Part shown: in pieces, positions 17,188-26,456 of the stretch
How positions within the stretch are numbered: position 1 is the stretch's first letter
Layout of the letters: the number at the start of each line of letters is the position of its first letter
DNA from: a virus
Lineage: Duplodnaviria; Heunggongvirae; Uroviricota; Caudoviricetes
Length of the DNA stretch: 38,007 bases
Reading direction: 5' to 3' (one strand)
Virus record (IMG/VR): IMGVR_UViG_2740892426_000005
Position numbers and translations under genes: made by a program
The notes under the pieces: model-generated
The model's input: only the letters and a program-made list of their open reading frames with translations
Told to the model about the DNA's origin: nothing
The model's database searches: none

Positions 17188-17838
17188 ATGAGCCTGAGTC
17201 CCGCACGGCAGCATCGCCTGCGCGTTCAGGCTGAACAGGCCGCCCGTGAGGGCGGCAGCGTTCGCCACGCGTCGGGCTATGACCTGATGCTGCTGCAACT
17301 GGCGGAAGACCGCCGCCGTCTCAAGGGCGTTCAGTCCACGGTCAAAAAAGCGGAAATCAAGGTGGAACTGCTGCCGAAATACGCCGCCTGGGCAGAGGGT
17401 GTCCTGGCTGGCAGAGGCGCGCAACAGGATGACGTGCTGATGTACGTGATGCTGTGGCGCATTGATGCCGGAGATTATGCCGGGGCGCTGGAGATCGGGC
17501 GTCACGCCCTGCGTCATGGCTGGGTGATGCCGTTGGGTAACCGCAACGTGCAGACCGTGCTGGCAGAGGAAATGGCAGACGCGGCGCAGAGCGCAATGCT
17601 TGCCGCCACCGGCTTTGATGCTGATCTGTTGCTGCAGACGCTGGAGCTGACAGACGGTCTGGATATGCCGGACCAGTCACGGGCACGTCTGCATAAAGCG
17701 ATTGGCGCTGTCCTGAGTGAAAGCAATCCGGCTTCCGCCCTTAATCATCTCAACCATGCGTTACAGCTCGATCCCCGCTGTGGCGTGAAAAAAGACAAAC
17801 AGCAGCTGGAGCGCAGACTGCGCAATGACAGCCGCTGA
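17188..17838 (+). CDS. M: terminase small/endonuclease subunit (216 aa)
   Basis: P2 gpM-like position after N. Confidence 0.8.
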   Translation: MSLSPARQHRLRVQAEQAAREGGSVRHASGYDLMLLQLAEDRRRLKGVQSTVKKAEIKVELLPKYAAWAEGVLAGRGAQQDDVLMYVMLWRIDAGDYAGALEIGRHALRHGWVMPLGNRNVQTVLAEEMADAAQSAMLAATGFDADLLLQTLELTDGLDMPDQSRARLHKAIGAVLSESNPASALNHLNHALQLDPRCGVKKDKQQLERRLRNDSR

Positions 17839-17933
17839 CAGAACGTGCCCCCGCGCACGGGCGGCACGGGGTGGCGAAAGGCACTGCCACATCAAAACCC
17901 CGTCCACCGCCCTTTATTTCAGGAGAAAGCAGC

Positions 17934-18398
17934 ATGAAGTTTGTTGCGCCAGAACAGGCACCGGAACAGGCGGAAATCATCAGAAATACGCCGTTCTGGC
18001 CTGATGTGGACCTGTCGGAGTTTCGCAGTGTCATGCGCACTGACGGCACGGTGACGCAGCCGCGTTTAAAACAGGTTGCCCTGTCGGCAATTTCCGAGGT
18101 CAACGCTGAGCTGTATGAGTTTCGCAGACGCCAGCAGATGCTGGGGTATGCCTCGCTGGCAGAGGTTCCGGCGGAACAGCTGGACGGCAAAAGTGAGCGC
18201 ATTCAGCACTATTTCAACGCGGTTTACTGCTGGGCACGCGCCATGCTCAACGAACGTTACCAGGACTATGACGCCACGGCGTCTGGTGTGAAGCGGGGCG
18301 AGGAACTGGCGGAAGCAAGCGGTGATTTGTGGCGTGACGCCCGCTGGGCCATCAGCCGGGTGCAGGATGCGCCGCACTGCACAGTGGAGCTTATCTGA
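17934..18398 (+). CDS. L: capsid completion protein (154 aa)
   Basis: Start at ATG 17934 with AGGAG RBS; P2 gpL-like. Confidence 0.8.
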   Translation: MKFVAPEQAPEQAEIIRNTPFWPDVDLSEFRSVMRTDGTVTQPRLKQVALSAISEVNAELYEFRRRQQMLGYASLAEVPAEQLDGKSERIQHYFNAVYCWARAMLNERYQDYDATASGVKRGEELAEASGDLWRDARWAISRVQDAPHCTVELI

Positions 18399-18601
18399 TG
18401 AAAGTGCGTGCGCATCAGTATGACACGGTGGACGCGCTTTGCTGGCGTCATTACGGGCGCACGCAGGGTGTCACGGAGCAGGTACTGAAGGCAAATCCGG
18501 GGCTTGCCGAATACGGCCCCTTTTTACCTCACGGGCTGCAGGTGGAGTTGCCGGACATTCCGACCACTACCACCGTGCAGACCGTCCAGCTATGGGACTG
18601 A
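18398..18601 (+). CDS. X: tail protein X (67 aa)
   Basis: Length identical to P2 gpX (67 aa); position after L. Confidence 0.8.
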   Translation: MKVRAHQYDTVDALCWRHYGRTQGVTEQVLKANPGLAEYGPFLPHGLQVELPDIPTTTTVQTVQLWD

Positions 18602-18604
18602 ATT

Positions 18605-18820
18605 ATGACGCTTGAGCGAATCAGCGCCTTTATCACGTATTGCATCGCCGTCGTGCTGGCCTGGCTGGGCGATTTGTCCATCAAGGATGCCTCAACGCTG
18701 GGCGGCCTGATGATTGGTGTGCTGATGCTGGCTATCAACTGGTACTACAAACACAAAGCCTACCAGCTTCTGCGTGACGGGCAGATCTCGCGGGAGGACT
18801 ATGAATCCATCAATCGTTAA
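18605..18820 (+). CDS. holin (71 aa)
   Basis: Two hydrophobic segments and a charged C-terminus; immediately upstream of the endolysin. Confidence 0.65.
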   Translation: MTLERISAFITYCIAVVLAWLGDLSIKDASTLGGLMIGVLMLAINWYYKHKAYQLLRDGQISREDYESINR

Positions 18821-19691
18821 ACGCTGCCTTGTCGGGGCCGTGCTGGCTATTGCTGCCATGCTGCCGGGTTTTCAGCAGCTTCACACCTCCGTGGAAGGGC
18901 TGAAACTGATTGCCGATTACGAAGGTTGTCGCCTGCAGCCGTATCAGTGCAGCGCGGGTGTCTGGACCGACGGCATTGGTAATACGTCGGGCGTCATTCC
19001 CGGCAAAACCATTACGGAGCGACAGGCAGCAGAAGGGCTGATCTCCAACGTGCTGCGTGTGGAGCGGGCGCTGGAAAGGTGTGTGAAGCAACAGCCGCCG
19101 CAGAAGGTGTATGACGCTGCGGTGTCGTTTGCCTTCAACGTGGGTACGGGCAATGCCTGCAGTTCCACGCTGGTGAAATTGCTCAATCAGCGGCGCTGGG
19201 CGGATGCGTGCCGACAGTTGCCGCGCTGGGTTTATGTAAAAGGTGTGTTTAATCAGGGGCTGGATAACCGCCGTGCGCGGGAGATGGCCTGTGTTTACAG
19301 GGAGCAAACTGAAATGAATAAGAAATTAATCAGCGGACTGTTTCTGATGTTATGGATGGTGCTGTTAATCGCAGCAATGGTGTATCCGCAGGGGATTTTT
19401 CCGGTACTGGCAGCGTCCGGCGTTTGGGTAGCCTGTTTGCTGACATGGGCGGTAATTCCGGTAGCACTGGCTGCGTTAATTAAGAATGGCCCGCTCTGGC
19501 AGGAGTTAAGGGCATCTTTGCTGAAGACAATTACCCGAAAAGAAAACGTATTTATCAGTTGGGTGATGCGATTGCTGATTGTTGTAAGTCTCGCCTGGAC
19601 GGGGTGGGCTATTACCCTGGTCTTTTATCTACTGACCGTTATTGCCTTCTGGATCACCCGTAATCAGATGGCGCAACAGGTAGCAGCATGA
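18801..19691 (+). CDS. SAR-endolysin (lysozyme domain, about residues 1-171) continuing in-frame without a stop into a LysA-like multi-TM domain (296 aa as one ORF)
   Basis: GGGAGGA RBS before ATG 18801; N-terminal SAR-like hydrophobic stretch and lysozyme motifs (GVWTDGIGNT...FNVGTGN); no stop codon before 19689. Confidence 0.7.
   Translation: MNPSIVKRCLVGAVLAIAAMLPGFQQLHTSVEGLKLIADYEGCRLQPYQCSAGVWTDGIGNTSGVIPGKTITERQAAEGLISNVLRVERALERCVKQQPPQKVYDAAVSFAFNVGTGNACSSTLVKLLNQRRWADACRQLPRWVYVKGVFNQGLDNRRAREMACVYREQTEMNKKLISGLFLMLWMVLLIAAMVYPQGIFPVLAASGVWVACLLTWAVIPVALAALIKNGPLWQELRASLLKTITRKENVFISWVMRLLIVVSLAWTGWAITLVFYLLTVIAFWITRNQMAQQVAA
19314..19691 (+). CDS. lysA: LysA-like membrane protein (125 aa) if translated from the internal ATG
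   Basis: Internal ATG at 19314 preceded by GGGAG; 3-4 predicted TM helices; P2 has a separate lysA at this position. Confidence 0.4.
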   Translation: MNKKLISGLFLMLWMVLLIAAMVYPQGIFPVLAASGVWVACLLTWAVIPVALAALIKNGPLWQELRASLLKTITRKENVFISWVMRLLIVVSLAWTGWAITLVFYLLTVIAFWITRNQMAQQVAA

Positions 19692-20116
19692 ACCGGTTGC
19701 TGCTGGTTGTGCTGGCGTTATTACTGGCGGCGCTGGGCTGGCAGACGTGGCGGCTGGCTGATGCCAGCCAGACCATTAGCACGCAGGCAGACGAGCTGCA
19801 GAGCAAAAGCCAGGCACTGGCAAAGAGCAACAGCCAGCTTATCAGCCTGTCCATTCTGACTGAAACCAATAACCGGGAGCAGGCGCGGCTCTATGCAGAA
19901 GCAGAACAGACCAGCGCGCTGCTGAGACAACGACAACACCGGATTGAGGAACTGAAACGTGAGAACGAGGATTTACGCCGCTGGGCTGATACTCCTTTGC
20001 CTGCTGACATTATCCGGCTGCGGGAACGTCCGACGCTCACCGGAGGTGCAGCTTACCGTCAGTGGTTGTCCGCGAGTGACGCCGTGTCGGCTGGATCAGG
20101 CAGCGCCGCGCACTAA
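19688..20116 (+). CDS. lysB: LysB, Rz-like i-spanin (142 aa)
   Basis: N-terminal TM, coiled-coil periplasmic region, ATGA overlap with the preceding ORF. Confidence 0.7.
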   Translation: MNRLLLVVLALLLAALGWQTWRLADASQTISTQADELQSKSQALAKSNSQLISLSILTETNNREQARLYAEAEQTSALLRQRQHRIEELKRENEDLRRWADTPLPADIIRLRERPTLTGGAAYRQWLSASDAVSAGSGSAAH

Positions 20117-20249
20117 CGGTGATCTGAACGCGTTGCTGGATGAAACGGAGGCCGCCTGGGCGGTCTGTGCAGACAAAGTGGACATGATTATTGCGTGTCA
20201 GGAGCGAAACAGTGAACAAACCACAATCCCTGCGCCACGCCCTCAATAA
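19959..20249 (+). CDS. lysC: LysC, Rz1-like o-spanin lipoprotein (96 aa), embedded in the +1 frame of lysB
   Basis: Lipobox LTLSGC after a signal-like N-terminus, Pro-rich mature part; GTG start. Confidence 0.6.
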   Translation: MRTRIYAAGLILLCLLTLSGCGNVRRSPEVQLTVSGCPRVTPCRLDQAAPRTNGDLNALLDETEAAWAVCADKVDMIIACQERNSEQTTIPAPRPQ

Positions 20250-20643
20250 AGCGGTGCCTTATGTCCGCAATAACCCGGACAAACTGCATCTGTTTGTGGA
20301 TAACGGTTCGCTGGTTGCCACGGGGGCCAGCTCCATGTCGTGGGAGTACCGTTACACCCTGAACGCGGTGATTGAGGATTTCAGCGGCGACCAGAATCTG
20401 CTGATGGCCCCGGTTTTGCTGTGGCTGAGGGATAACCAGCCCGATGCAATCAATAACCCGGTGTTACGGGAAAAGTTATTCACCTTTGAGGTGGATATTT
20501 TGCGCAACGATGTCTGTGATATCAGCCTTAACCTGCAACTGACGGAACGTGTGCTGGTCAGCACTGACGGCACTGTGTCCAGCGTTGAAGCTGTAGCGGA
20601 ACCCGATGAACCTGAAGAAATGTGGACGGTGAAACGTGGCTGA
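20212..20643 (+). CDS. R: tail completion protein R (143 aa)
   Basis: GTG start with AGGAG 8 nt upstream (the ORF-track start at 20191 is TTG); P2 gpR-like position. Confidence 0.75.
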   Translation: MNKPQSLRHALNKAVPYVRNNPDKLHLFVDNGSLVATGASSMSWEYRYTLNAVIEDFSGDQNLLMAPVLLWLRDNQPDAINNPVLREKLFTFEVDILRNDVCDISLNLQLTERVLVSTDGTVSSVEAVAEPDEPEEMWTVKRG

Positions 20644-21082
20644 ACTGCAGAAGGTGGACGACTGGCTGAGTGCTTTGCTGGCGAATCTGGAACCAGCCGC
20701 AAGAAGCCGCATGATGCGCCAGCTGGCGCAGGAACTGCGCCGGACACAACAGCAGAATATCAGAATGCAGCGCAACCCTGACGGCAGCAGCTATGAACCT
20801 CGACGGGTAACAGCACGCAGTAAAAAGGGGCGCATCAAACGTCAGATGTTTGCAAAGCTGCGCACCACAAAATACCTGAAAACTGCAGCCAGCGCCGATT
20901 CTGCCAGCGTGCAGTTTGAAGGTAAGGTGCAGCGCATTGCCCGTGTTCACCATTACGGCCTCCGTGATCGCGTCAGTCGCAAAGGACCGGAGGTCCGCTA
21001 TGCAGAGCGCCGCCTGTTGGGTCTTAATGGTGAGTCTTATGTTCTAACTCTTGATATATTGAATAGATTCCTTCTGTCTTGA
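20636..21082 (+). CDS. S: tail completion protein S (148 aa); last ~19 codons lie in AT-rich inserted DNA
   Basis: GTG start overlapping R stop; P2 gpS-like size; 3' end overlaps the convergent membrane-protein gene by 59 nt. Confidence 0.75.
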   Translation: MAELQKVDDWLSALLANLEPAARSRMMRQLAQELRRTQQQNIRMQRNPDGSSYEPRRVTARSKKGRIKRQMFAKLRTTKYLKTAASADSASVQFEGKVQRIARVHHYGLRDRVSRKGPEVRYAERRLLGLNGESYVLTLDILNRFLLS

Positions 21083-21830
21083 ATTCACCATATGCCCAAT
21101 GAATTGCATTTTTTTGTTCAGTTAGAATATATTTCCTAACTTTTTTAGAATAGTGAATGGTCAGTATAAAACCCAAAGAAATCCATAATAGAATAAATAT
21201 AGTTGTTGGGGCAAAGGAATAGATAAAAAATTTGTCTTTAACGAAATTCTTGACTTCTTCATCAATGTAAGCATTCCCTTCATCAGTGGTTAGTAGTTTA
21301 CAAAGAATTTCTTTATGTTCGATAGTTAATGATTTGTACTTCTCTGTACTGGCAGAGGATGACTCTTCGCAATCATCCTTTGATATTTCCCAATCAGGAG
21401 TGGTTAATATTGTAGCTGCAGTCGCCATTTTTTTTGACATATAAAATGATTCACCGGACTTTATCCAATAAAGCAATGTGCTATTTGGTGGGGTTCTAAT
21501 GGCTTGGATGAAAACTGGACCAAAAAGATAAATTGCACACAAAAAAAGAAGCGAAAATAGAACCGTGATTGATTTTTCAGCCCATGTGATAGTAGGCAGC
21601 TTTTTTAATGATATTTTTATAAGAAAAAAATTTAATATAAACGCAGGTATTCCTGATTTTTTCAAAATTACATCATGAGATTTTCTATATTTGAATAGTG
21701 CTCTTATAACTATCGTCACCAAAGTTATAACAGCTCCAATAATGGAAATCCATGCGGCAAGTGCCGCTGCCGGGGTGTTTAAAAATTCAGCATTAAATAT
21801 ATTAGAACTTATTGGATTCATAACACTCAT
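21024..21830 (-). CDS. accessory membrane protein (268 aa, about 3 TM helices), AT-rich insertion between S and V
   Basis: AGGTGG RBS before ATG 21830; hydrophobic segments at about residues 20-44, 86-108 and 201-224; AT-rich by eye; this is the position of the nonessential orf30 in P2. Confidence 0.6.
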   Translation of the reverse strand: MSVMNPISSNIFNAEFLNTPAAALAAWISIIGAVITLVTIVIRALFKYRKSHDVILKKSGIPAFILNFFLIKISLKKLPTITWAEKSITVLFSLLFLCAIYLFGPVFIQAIRTPPNSTLLYWIKSGESFYMSKKMATAATILTTPDWEISKDDCEESSSASTEKYKSLTIEHKEILCKLLTTDEGNAYIDEEVKNFVKDKFFIYSFAPTTIFILLWISLGFILTIHYSKKVRKYILTEQKNAIHWAYGEFKTEGIYSIYQELEHKTHH

Positions 21831-21869
21831 TTATCCACCTATTGGTTGTTTTTTATCCTTTTGTCAATT

Positions 21870-21887
21870 TGTACCATCGATACCACA
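21870..21887 (+). promoter_or_regulatory. Ogr-type late activator site TGT-N12-ACA upstream of V
   Basis: TGTACCATCGATACCACA, ending 46 nt before the V start codon. Confidence 0.5.
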
Positions 21888-21933
21888 ATTTGCAAGAAGT
21901 TATAAACAAGTTTTCATCTGTCATCATATATCT

Positions 21934-22512
21934 ATGAACGCACAATTAACCGAAATCATGCGCCTTATCACCAATCTGATCCGCACAGGTGTAGTCACCG
22001 AAGTGGACCGGGAAAACTGGCTTTGTCGGGTGAAAACGGGCGACCTTGAAACCAACTGGATTAACTGGCTGACGCTGCGCGCGGGTAATGCCCGCACATG
22101 GTGGAAACCATCGGAAGGTGAGCAGGTGGTGCTGCTGAGTCTGGGCGGCAATCTGGAGACTGCCTTTGCGTTGCCCGCCATCTATTCGAATCAGTTCGCT
22201 CCACCGTCGACGTCGGCGGACGCCTGCGTGACAGAACATCCTGACGGCGGCTGGTTTGAATATGAACCCGCCACCGGGCGCTGGTATGTCAGGGGCATCA
22301 AATCAATGGTCATTGAGGCCGCTGACAACATCACCATGAAAACCAGTGAGTTTGTACTGGAGGCTGACCGCACGCGCATTAACAGCGAAGTGGTGATCAA
22401 TGGTGGCGTTACCCAGGGCGGCGGAGCGATGAGTTCTAACGGGATCGTGGTTGATGCGCATCAGCATACTGGCGTCCTGAAAGGCGGCGATACAACCGGA
22501 GGCCCGGTATGA
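21934..22512 (+). CDS. V: baseplate spike/assembly protein V (192 aa)
   Basis: P2 gpV-like; start at ATG 21934 (the ORF-track upstream extension reads through the promoter region). Confidence 0.85.
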   Translation: MNAQLTEIMRLITNLIRTGVVTEVDRENWLCRVKTGDLETNWINWLTLRAGNARTWWKPSEGEQVVLLSLGGNLETAFALPAIYSNQFAPPSTSADACVTEHPDGGWFEYEPATGRWYVRGIKSMVIEAADNITMKTSEFVLEADRTRINSEVVINGGVTQGGGAMSSNGIVVDAHQHTGVLKGGDTTGGPV

Positions 22513-22868
22513 CGCTTTATAGCGGGATGAACAATACCAGCGGCAAAGTCATTACTGATATTGACCATCTGTGCCAGTCGGTGCGGGACATTCTGCTGAC
22601 GCCGCAGGGTAGCCGCATTGCCCGCCGGGAATATGGTTCCCTGCTGTCGGCACTGATAGATCAGCCACAAAATCCGGCATTACGCCTGCAGGTCATGTCG
22701 GCAGTGTATGTGGCGCTGAGTCGCTGGGAGCCACGGTTGACGCTGGATTCCATCACCATCAACAGCAATTTTGACGGTTCAATGGTGGTGGAGCTGACCG
22801 GGCGGCGGAATAACGGTGTGCCTGTGTCCCTTTCCGTATCAACAGGAGCAGAGAATGGCAGTGATTGA
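22509..22868 (+). CDS. W: baseplate protein W (119 aa)
   Basis: ATGA overlap with V; P2 gpW-like size. Confidence 0.85.
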   Translation: MTLYSGMNNTSGKVITDIDHLCQSVRDILLTPQGSRIARREYGSLLSALIDQPQNPALRLQVMSAVYVALSRWEPRLTLDSITINSNFDGSMVVELTGRRNNGVPVSLSVSTGAENGSD

Positions 22869-23763
22869 CCTTTCGCAGTTGCCTGCACCGCAGATTGTGG
22901 ACGTGCCGGACTTTGAGACGCTGCTTGCCGAACGCAAGGCAGAATTTGTGGCGCTTCATCCGAAAGATGAGCAGGAAGCAGTGATCCGCACGCTGGAACT
23001 GGAATCTGAACCCGCCACTAAATTGTTGCAGGAGAACGCTTACCGTGAGTTGCTTCTGCGCCAGCGCATTAACGAAGCCGCGCAGGCGGTGATGGTGGCT
23101 TACGCGATGGGCGGCGATCTTGACCAGCTCGCTGCCAACTACAACGTGAAACGCCTGACGGTGACGCCTGCTGATAATGACGCTGTGCCGCCCGTTGCAG
23201 CTGTGATGGAAAGCGATGAAGCGTTACGCCTGCGTGTGCCTGCAGCCTTTGAAGGGCTTTCAGTTGCGGGGCCAACTGCAGCTTATGAATTTCATGCCCG
23301 AAGCGCCGACGGTCGGGTGGCGGATGCCAGTGCAACCAGCCCGGCACCTGCAGAGGTGGTGCTGACAGTCCTTAGCCGCGAAGGCGATGGAACTGCAGAA
23401 AAAGACCTGCTGGACGTGGTGGAAAAAGCTCTGAACAGTGAGAACGTCCGCCCGGTGGCTGACCGTCTTACGGTTCGCAGCGCAGAAATCATCCCGTATC
23501 GCGTGGAAGCCACCATTTTTCTCTATCCGGGACCGGAAGCAGAGCCGGTAATGGCAGCGGCAAAAGCCAGCCTGCAGAAGTACATCGCCAGTCAGACGCG
23601 TCTTGGTCGGGATATTCGCCGTAGCGCCATCTTTGCCGCCCTGCATGTTGAGGGTGTGCAGCGTGTGGAGCTGGCTTCTCCTCTGGCGGATGTGGTCCTG
23701 AACAAAACACAGGCGGCATCATGTACGCAGTGGAGCGTAACCAACGGAGGAACGGATGAATAG
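22855..23763 (+). CDS. J: baseplate protein J (302 aa)
   Basis: Length from ATG 22855 equals P2 gpJ (302 aa). Confidence 0.85.
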   Translation: MAVIDLSQLPAPQIVDVPDFETLLAERKAEFVALHPKDEQEAVIRTLELESEPATKLLQENAYRELLLRQRINEAAQAVMVAYAMGGDLDQLAANYNVKRLTVTPADNDAVPPVAAVMESDEALRLRVPAAFEGLSVAGPTAAYEFHARSADGRVADASATSPAPAEVVLTVLSREGDGTAEKDLLDVVEKALNSENVRPVADRLTVRSAEIIPYRVEATIFLYPGPEAEPVMAAAKASLQKYIASQTRLGRDIRRSAIFAALHVEGVQRVELASPLADVVLNKTQAASCTQWSVTNGGTDE

Positions 23764-24361
23764 TCTGCTGCCACCGGGTTCAACACCACTGGAGCGCCGA
23801 CTGGCGCAAACCTGCAGCGGGATTTCTGATCTGCAGGTGCCGCTTCGTGACTTGTGGAATCCGGCAACCTGTCCGGTCAGTTTCCTGCCTTATCTCGCCT
23901 GGGCGTTCTCTGTGGATCGCTGGGACGAGGGCTGGACAGAAAGCGTCAAGCGCCAGGTGGTGAAGGATGCTTTTTATATTCATCAGCATAAAGGGACCAC
24001 CAGTGCCGTGCGGCGGGTGGTGGAGCCGTTCGGCTTTCTGATCCGCATTATTGAGTGGTGGCAAACCGGAGAGGCACCGGGCACGTTTCGCCTGGATATC
24101 GGCGTGCAGGACCAGGGCATCACTGAAGATACCTATCTGGAACTTGAGCGACTGATAAGCGATGCCAAACCATGTAGCCGCCACATGATCGGCATGTCCA
24201 TCAATCTGCAGACCAGCGGCCCGCATTGGGTGGGAGCCGCCAGCTATATTGGCGAAGAAATCACGATCTATCCGTATATCAACGAAACGATTATTTCCGG
24301 TGGCACCGCGCATGAAGGCGGGGCGGTCCATGTTATTGACACAATGAGAGTGAATCCATGA
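23756..24361 (+). CDS. I: baseplate/tail protein I (201 aa)
   Basis: P2 gpI-like position, overlaps J end and H start. Confidence 0.8.
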   Translation: MNSLLPPGSTPLERRLAQTCSGISDLQVPLRDLWNPATCPVSFLPYLAWAFSVDRWDEGWTESVKRQVVKDAFYIHQHKGTTSAVRRVVEPFGFLIRIIEWWQTGEAPGTFRLDIGVQDQGITEDTYLELERLISDAKPCSRHMIGMSINLQTSGPHWVGAASYIGEEITIYPYINETIISGGTAHEGGAVHVIDTMRVNP

Positions 24362-25863
24362 GCACAAAATTTTATACCCTGCTGACGGATATTGGCGCGG
24401 CGAAACTTGCCAGCGCCGCCGCGCTCGGTGTGCCGCTAAAAATTACCCATATGGCGGTGGGCGATGGCGGCGGAGCATTGCCGACGCCGGACGCAAAGCA
24501 GACGGCACTGGTAAATGAGAAACGCCGGGCTGCGCTGAATATGCTCTATATCGACCCGCAGAACAGCAGCCAGATTATTGCTGAACAGGTGATCCCTGAA
24601 AACGAGGGCGGTTGGTGGATACGTGAAGTGGGCCTGTTTGATGAGTCAGGGGCATTGATTGCCGTGGGGAACTGCCCGGAAAGCTATAAACCGCAACTGG
24701 CTGAAGGCAGCGGGCGTACCCAGACCGTGCGCATGGTGCTGATTACCAGCAGCACGGACAATATCACCCTGAAAATCGACCCTGCCGTAGTGCTGGCAAC
24801 CCGCAAGTATGTGGATGACAAGGTACTGGAGCTGAAGGTGTACGTGGATGATCAGATGGCAAAACATCTTGCCGCACCGGACCCGCATTCACAGTATGCA
24901 CCCAAAGAAAGTCCGACGTTTACCGGGACACCAAAAGCGCCAACGCCAGCGGCAGGGAATAACACCACGCAGGTTGCGACCACCGCGTTTGTTCAGGCGG
25001 CACTGACGGCCCTGATTAATGGTGCGCCAGCCACGCTGGACACGCTGAAAGAATTAGCCGCAGCCATTAACAATGATCCGAAATTCAGTACCACCATTAA
25101 CAATGCGCTGGCACTGAAAGCGCCGCTGTCAAGTCCGGCACTCACCGGAACGCCAACAGCCCCCACTGCCGCACAGTCGGTTAACAATACACAGATTGCC
25201 ACCACGGCTTTTGTGAAATCGGCAATTGCAGCAATGGTGGGGTCAGCACCTGCTGCACTGGATACACTGAACGAACTGGCGGCGGCACTGGGGAATGATC
25301 CGAACTTTGCCACGACAATGCTTAATGCGCTGGCAGGTAAACAACCGCTGGACAATACGCTGACTAATTTGAGTGGAAAGGATGTCGCTGGTCTTCTCTC
25401 ATACCTTGGTTTGGGCGAAGGTGCTCCAGCTATTGGTGTTCCGTTCTTCTGGCCGTCCGCCGCAATGCCAGATACCGTAATCGACAGCTGGTCCGGCATG
25501 GTGTTTTTGAAGTTCAACGGCGCGAAATTCTCTGCCACTGATTACCCTGCGCTGGCGAAAGTGTTTCCTTCGCTGGTATTACCTGAAGCCCGCGGTGATT
25601 TCATTCGTATCTGGGATGACGGTCGAGGGGCGGACAGTGGGCGAGCATTATTAAGCTGGCAGGCAGCAACATCTTTATCGCAATTTGGCGGTAATTATCC
25701 AGAAGGGTCCGGTCATGCGATTGCTGATTACGATGGAATATCAGCACACCAGCCAGGTTTCTCTCGATTTCAGTACACCAGTAACTCAGTAGGAGATGGT
25801 GTTAATTTTATTGCCGTCAGACCGCGAAATATTGCATTTAACTTTCTGGTGAGGGCTAAATAA
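24358..25863 (+). CDS. H: tail fibre protein H (501 aa); C-terminal about 151 aa lie inside the invertible segment
   Basis: Conserved P2 H-like N-terminus; repeated Gln/Thr-rich ...QVATTAFV... motifs; a cix-like site is embedded at codons 346-354. Confidence 0.85.
   Translation: MSTKFYTLLTDIGAAKLASAAALGVPLKITHMAVGDGGGALPTPDAKQTALVNEKRRAALNMLYIDPQNSSQIIAEQVIPENEGGWWIREVGLFDESGALIAVGNCPESYKPQLAEGSGRTQTVRMVLITSSTDNITLKIDPAVVLATRKYVDDKVLELKVYVDDQMAKHLAAPDPHSQYAPKESPTFTGTPKAPTPAAGNNTTQVATTAFVQAALTALINGAPATLDTLKELAAAINNDPKFSTTINNALALKAPLSSPALTGTPTAPTAAQSVNNTQIATTAFVKSAIAAMVGSAPAALDTLNELAAALGNDPNFATTMLNALAGKQPLDNTLTNLSGKDVAGLLSYLGLGEGAPAIGVPFFWPSAAMPDTVIDSWSGMVFLKFNGAKFSATDYPALAKVFPSLVLPEARGDFIRIWDDGRGADSGRALLSWQAATSLSQFGGNYPEGSGHAIADYDGISAHQPGFSRFQYTSNSVGDGVNFIAVRPRNIAFNFLVRAK
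25394..25419. repeat. cix/gix/hix-like inversion site 1 (TTCTCTCATACC-TT-GGTTTGGGCGAA)
   Basis: 26-bp site resembling the Hin/Gin/Cin crossover consensus; inverted relative to site 2; encodes SYLGLGE at the constant/variable junction of H. Confidence 0.6.
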
Positions 25864-26456
25864 TGAAACCTGTTTTTGATGAAAATGGGCTGGCTACAGT
25901 GCCGGGCGATATGCGTTGTTTTTATTATAATGCAGTAACGTATGAATATACCGGCTGGTCTGATGAATATATTAATACTGGCGTAAGTATGCCCGCCTGT
26001 TCCACTGGTATTGACCCGAGCGAAAACATTCCGGGAAAAGTGGCAGTATTTACGGGTAAGGGATGGAGCCATGAAGAAGACCATCGCAATGAGACCGTTT
26101 ACTCAACTGAAAATGGCGCAGCTGTTACAGTGGATTATATCGGTGCCATCAAAGACGGTTATGTCACGCTTTCACCGTTAACGCCATACGATAAATGGGA
26201 TGGTGAGAAATGGGTGACGGATACCGAGGCACAGCATAGCGCCGCAGTAGAAGCGGCAGAAGCACAGCGCCAGTCGCTGATTGATGCTGCAATGGCTTCC
26301 ATCAGTCTGATTCAACTGAAATTACAGGCCGGGCGGAAGCTGACGCAGCCAGAAAACACCCGACTTAACGCTGTGCTGGATTATATTGACGCGGTGACGG
26401 CAACAGATACCAGCACAGCGCCGGACGTCATCTGGCCTGAACTGCCGGAGGCGTAG
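25863..26456 (+). CDS. G: tail fibre assembly protein (197 aa), currently expressed orientation
   Basis: Tfa-like; 1-nt overlap with H stop. Confidence 0.8.
   Translation: MKPVFDENGLATVPGDMRCFYYNAVTYEYTGWSDEYINTGVSMPACSTGIDPSENIPGKVAVFTGKGWSHEEDHRNETVYSTENGAAVTVDYIGAIKDGYVTLSPLTPYDKWDGEKWVTDTEAQHSAAVEAAEAQRQSLIDAAMASISLIQLKLQAGRKLTQPENTRLNAVLDYIDAVTATDTSTAPDVIWPELPEA

Noticed and set aside
15629-17686. Minus-strand ORFs overlapping capsid genes O, N and M
   Set aside because: Antisense to conserved structural genes; no independent support.
21691-21933. Upstream extension of the V ORF (ORF track start at 21691)
   Set aside because: Would read through the AT-rich insertion and the late-promoter element; true start is ATG 21934 (MNAQLTEIMRL...).
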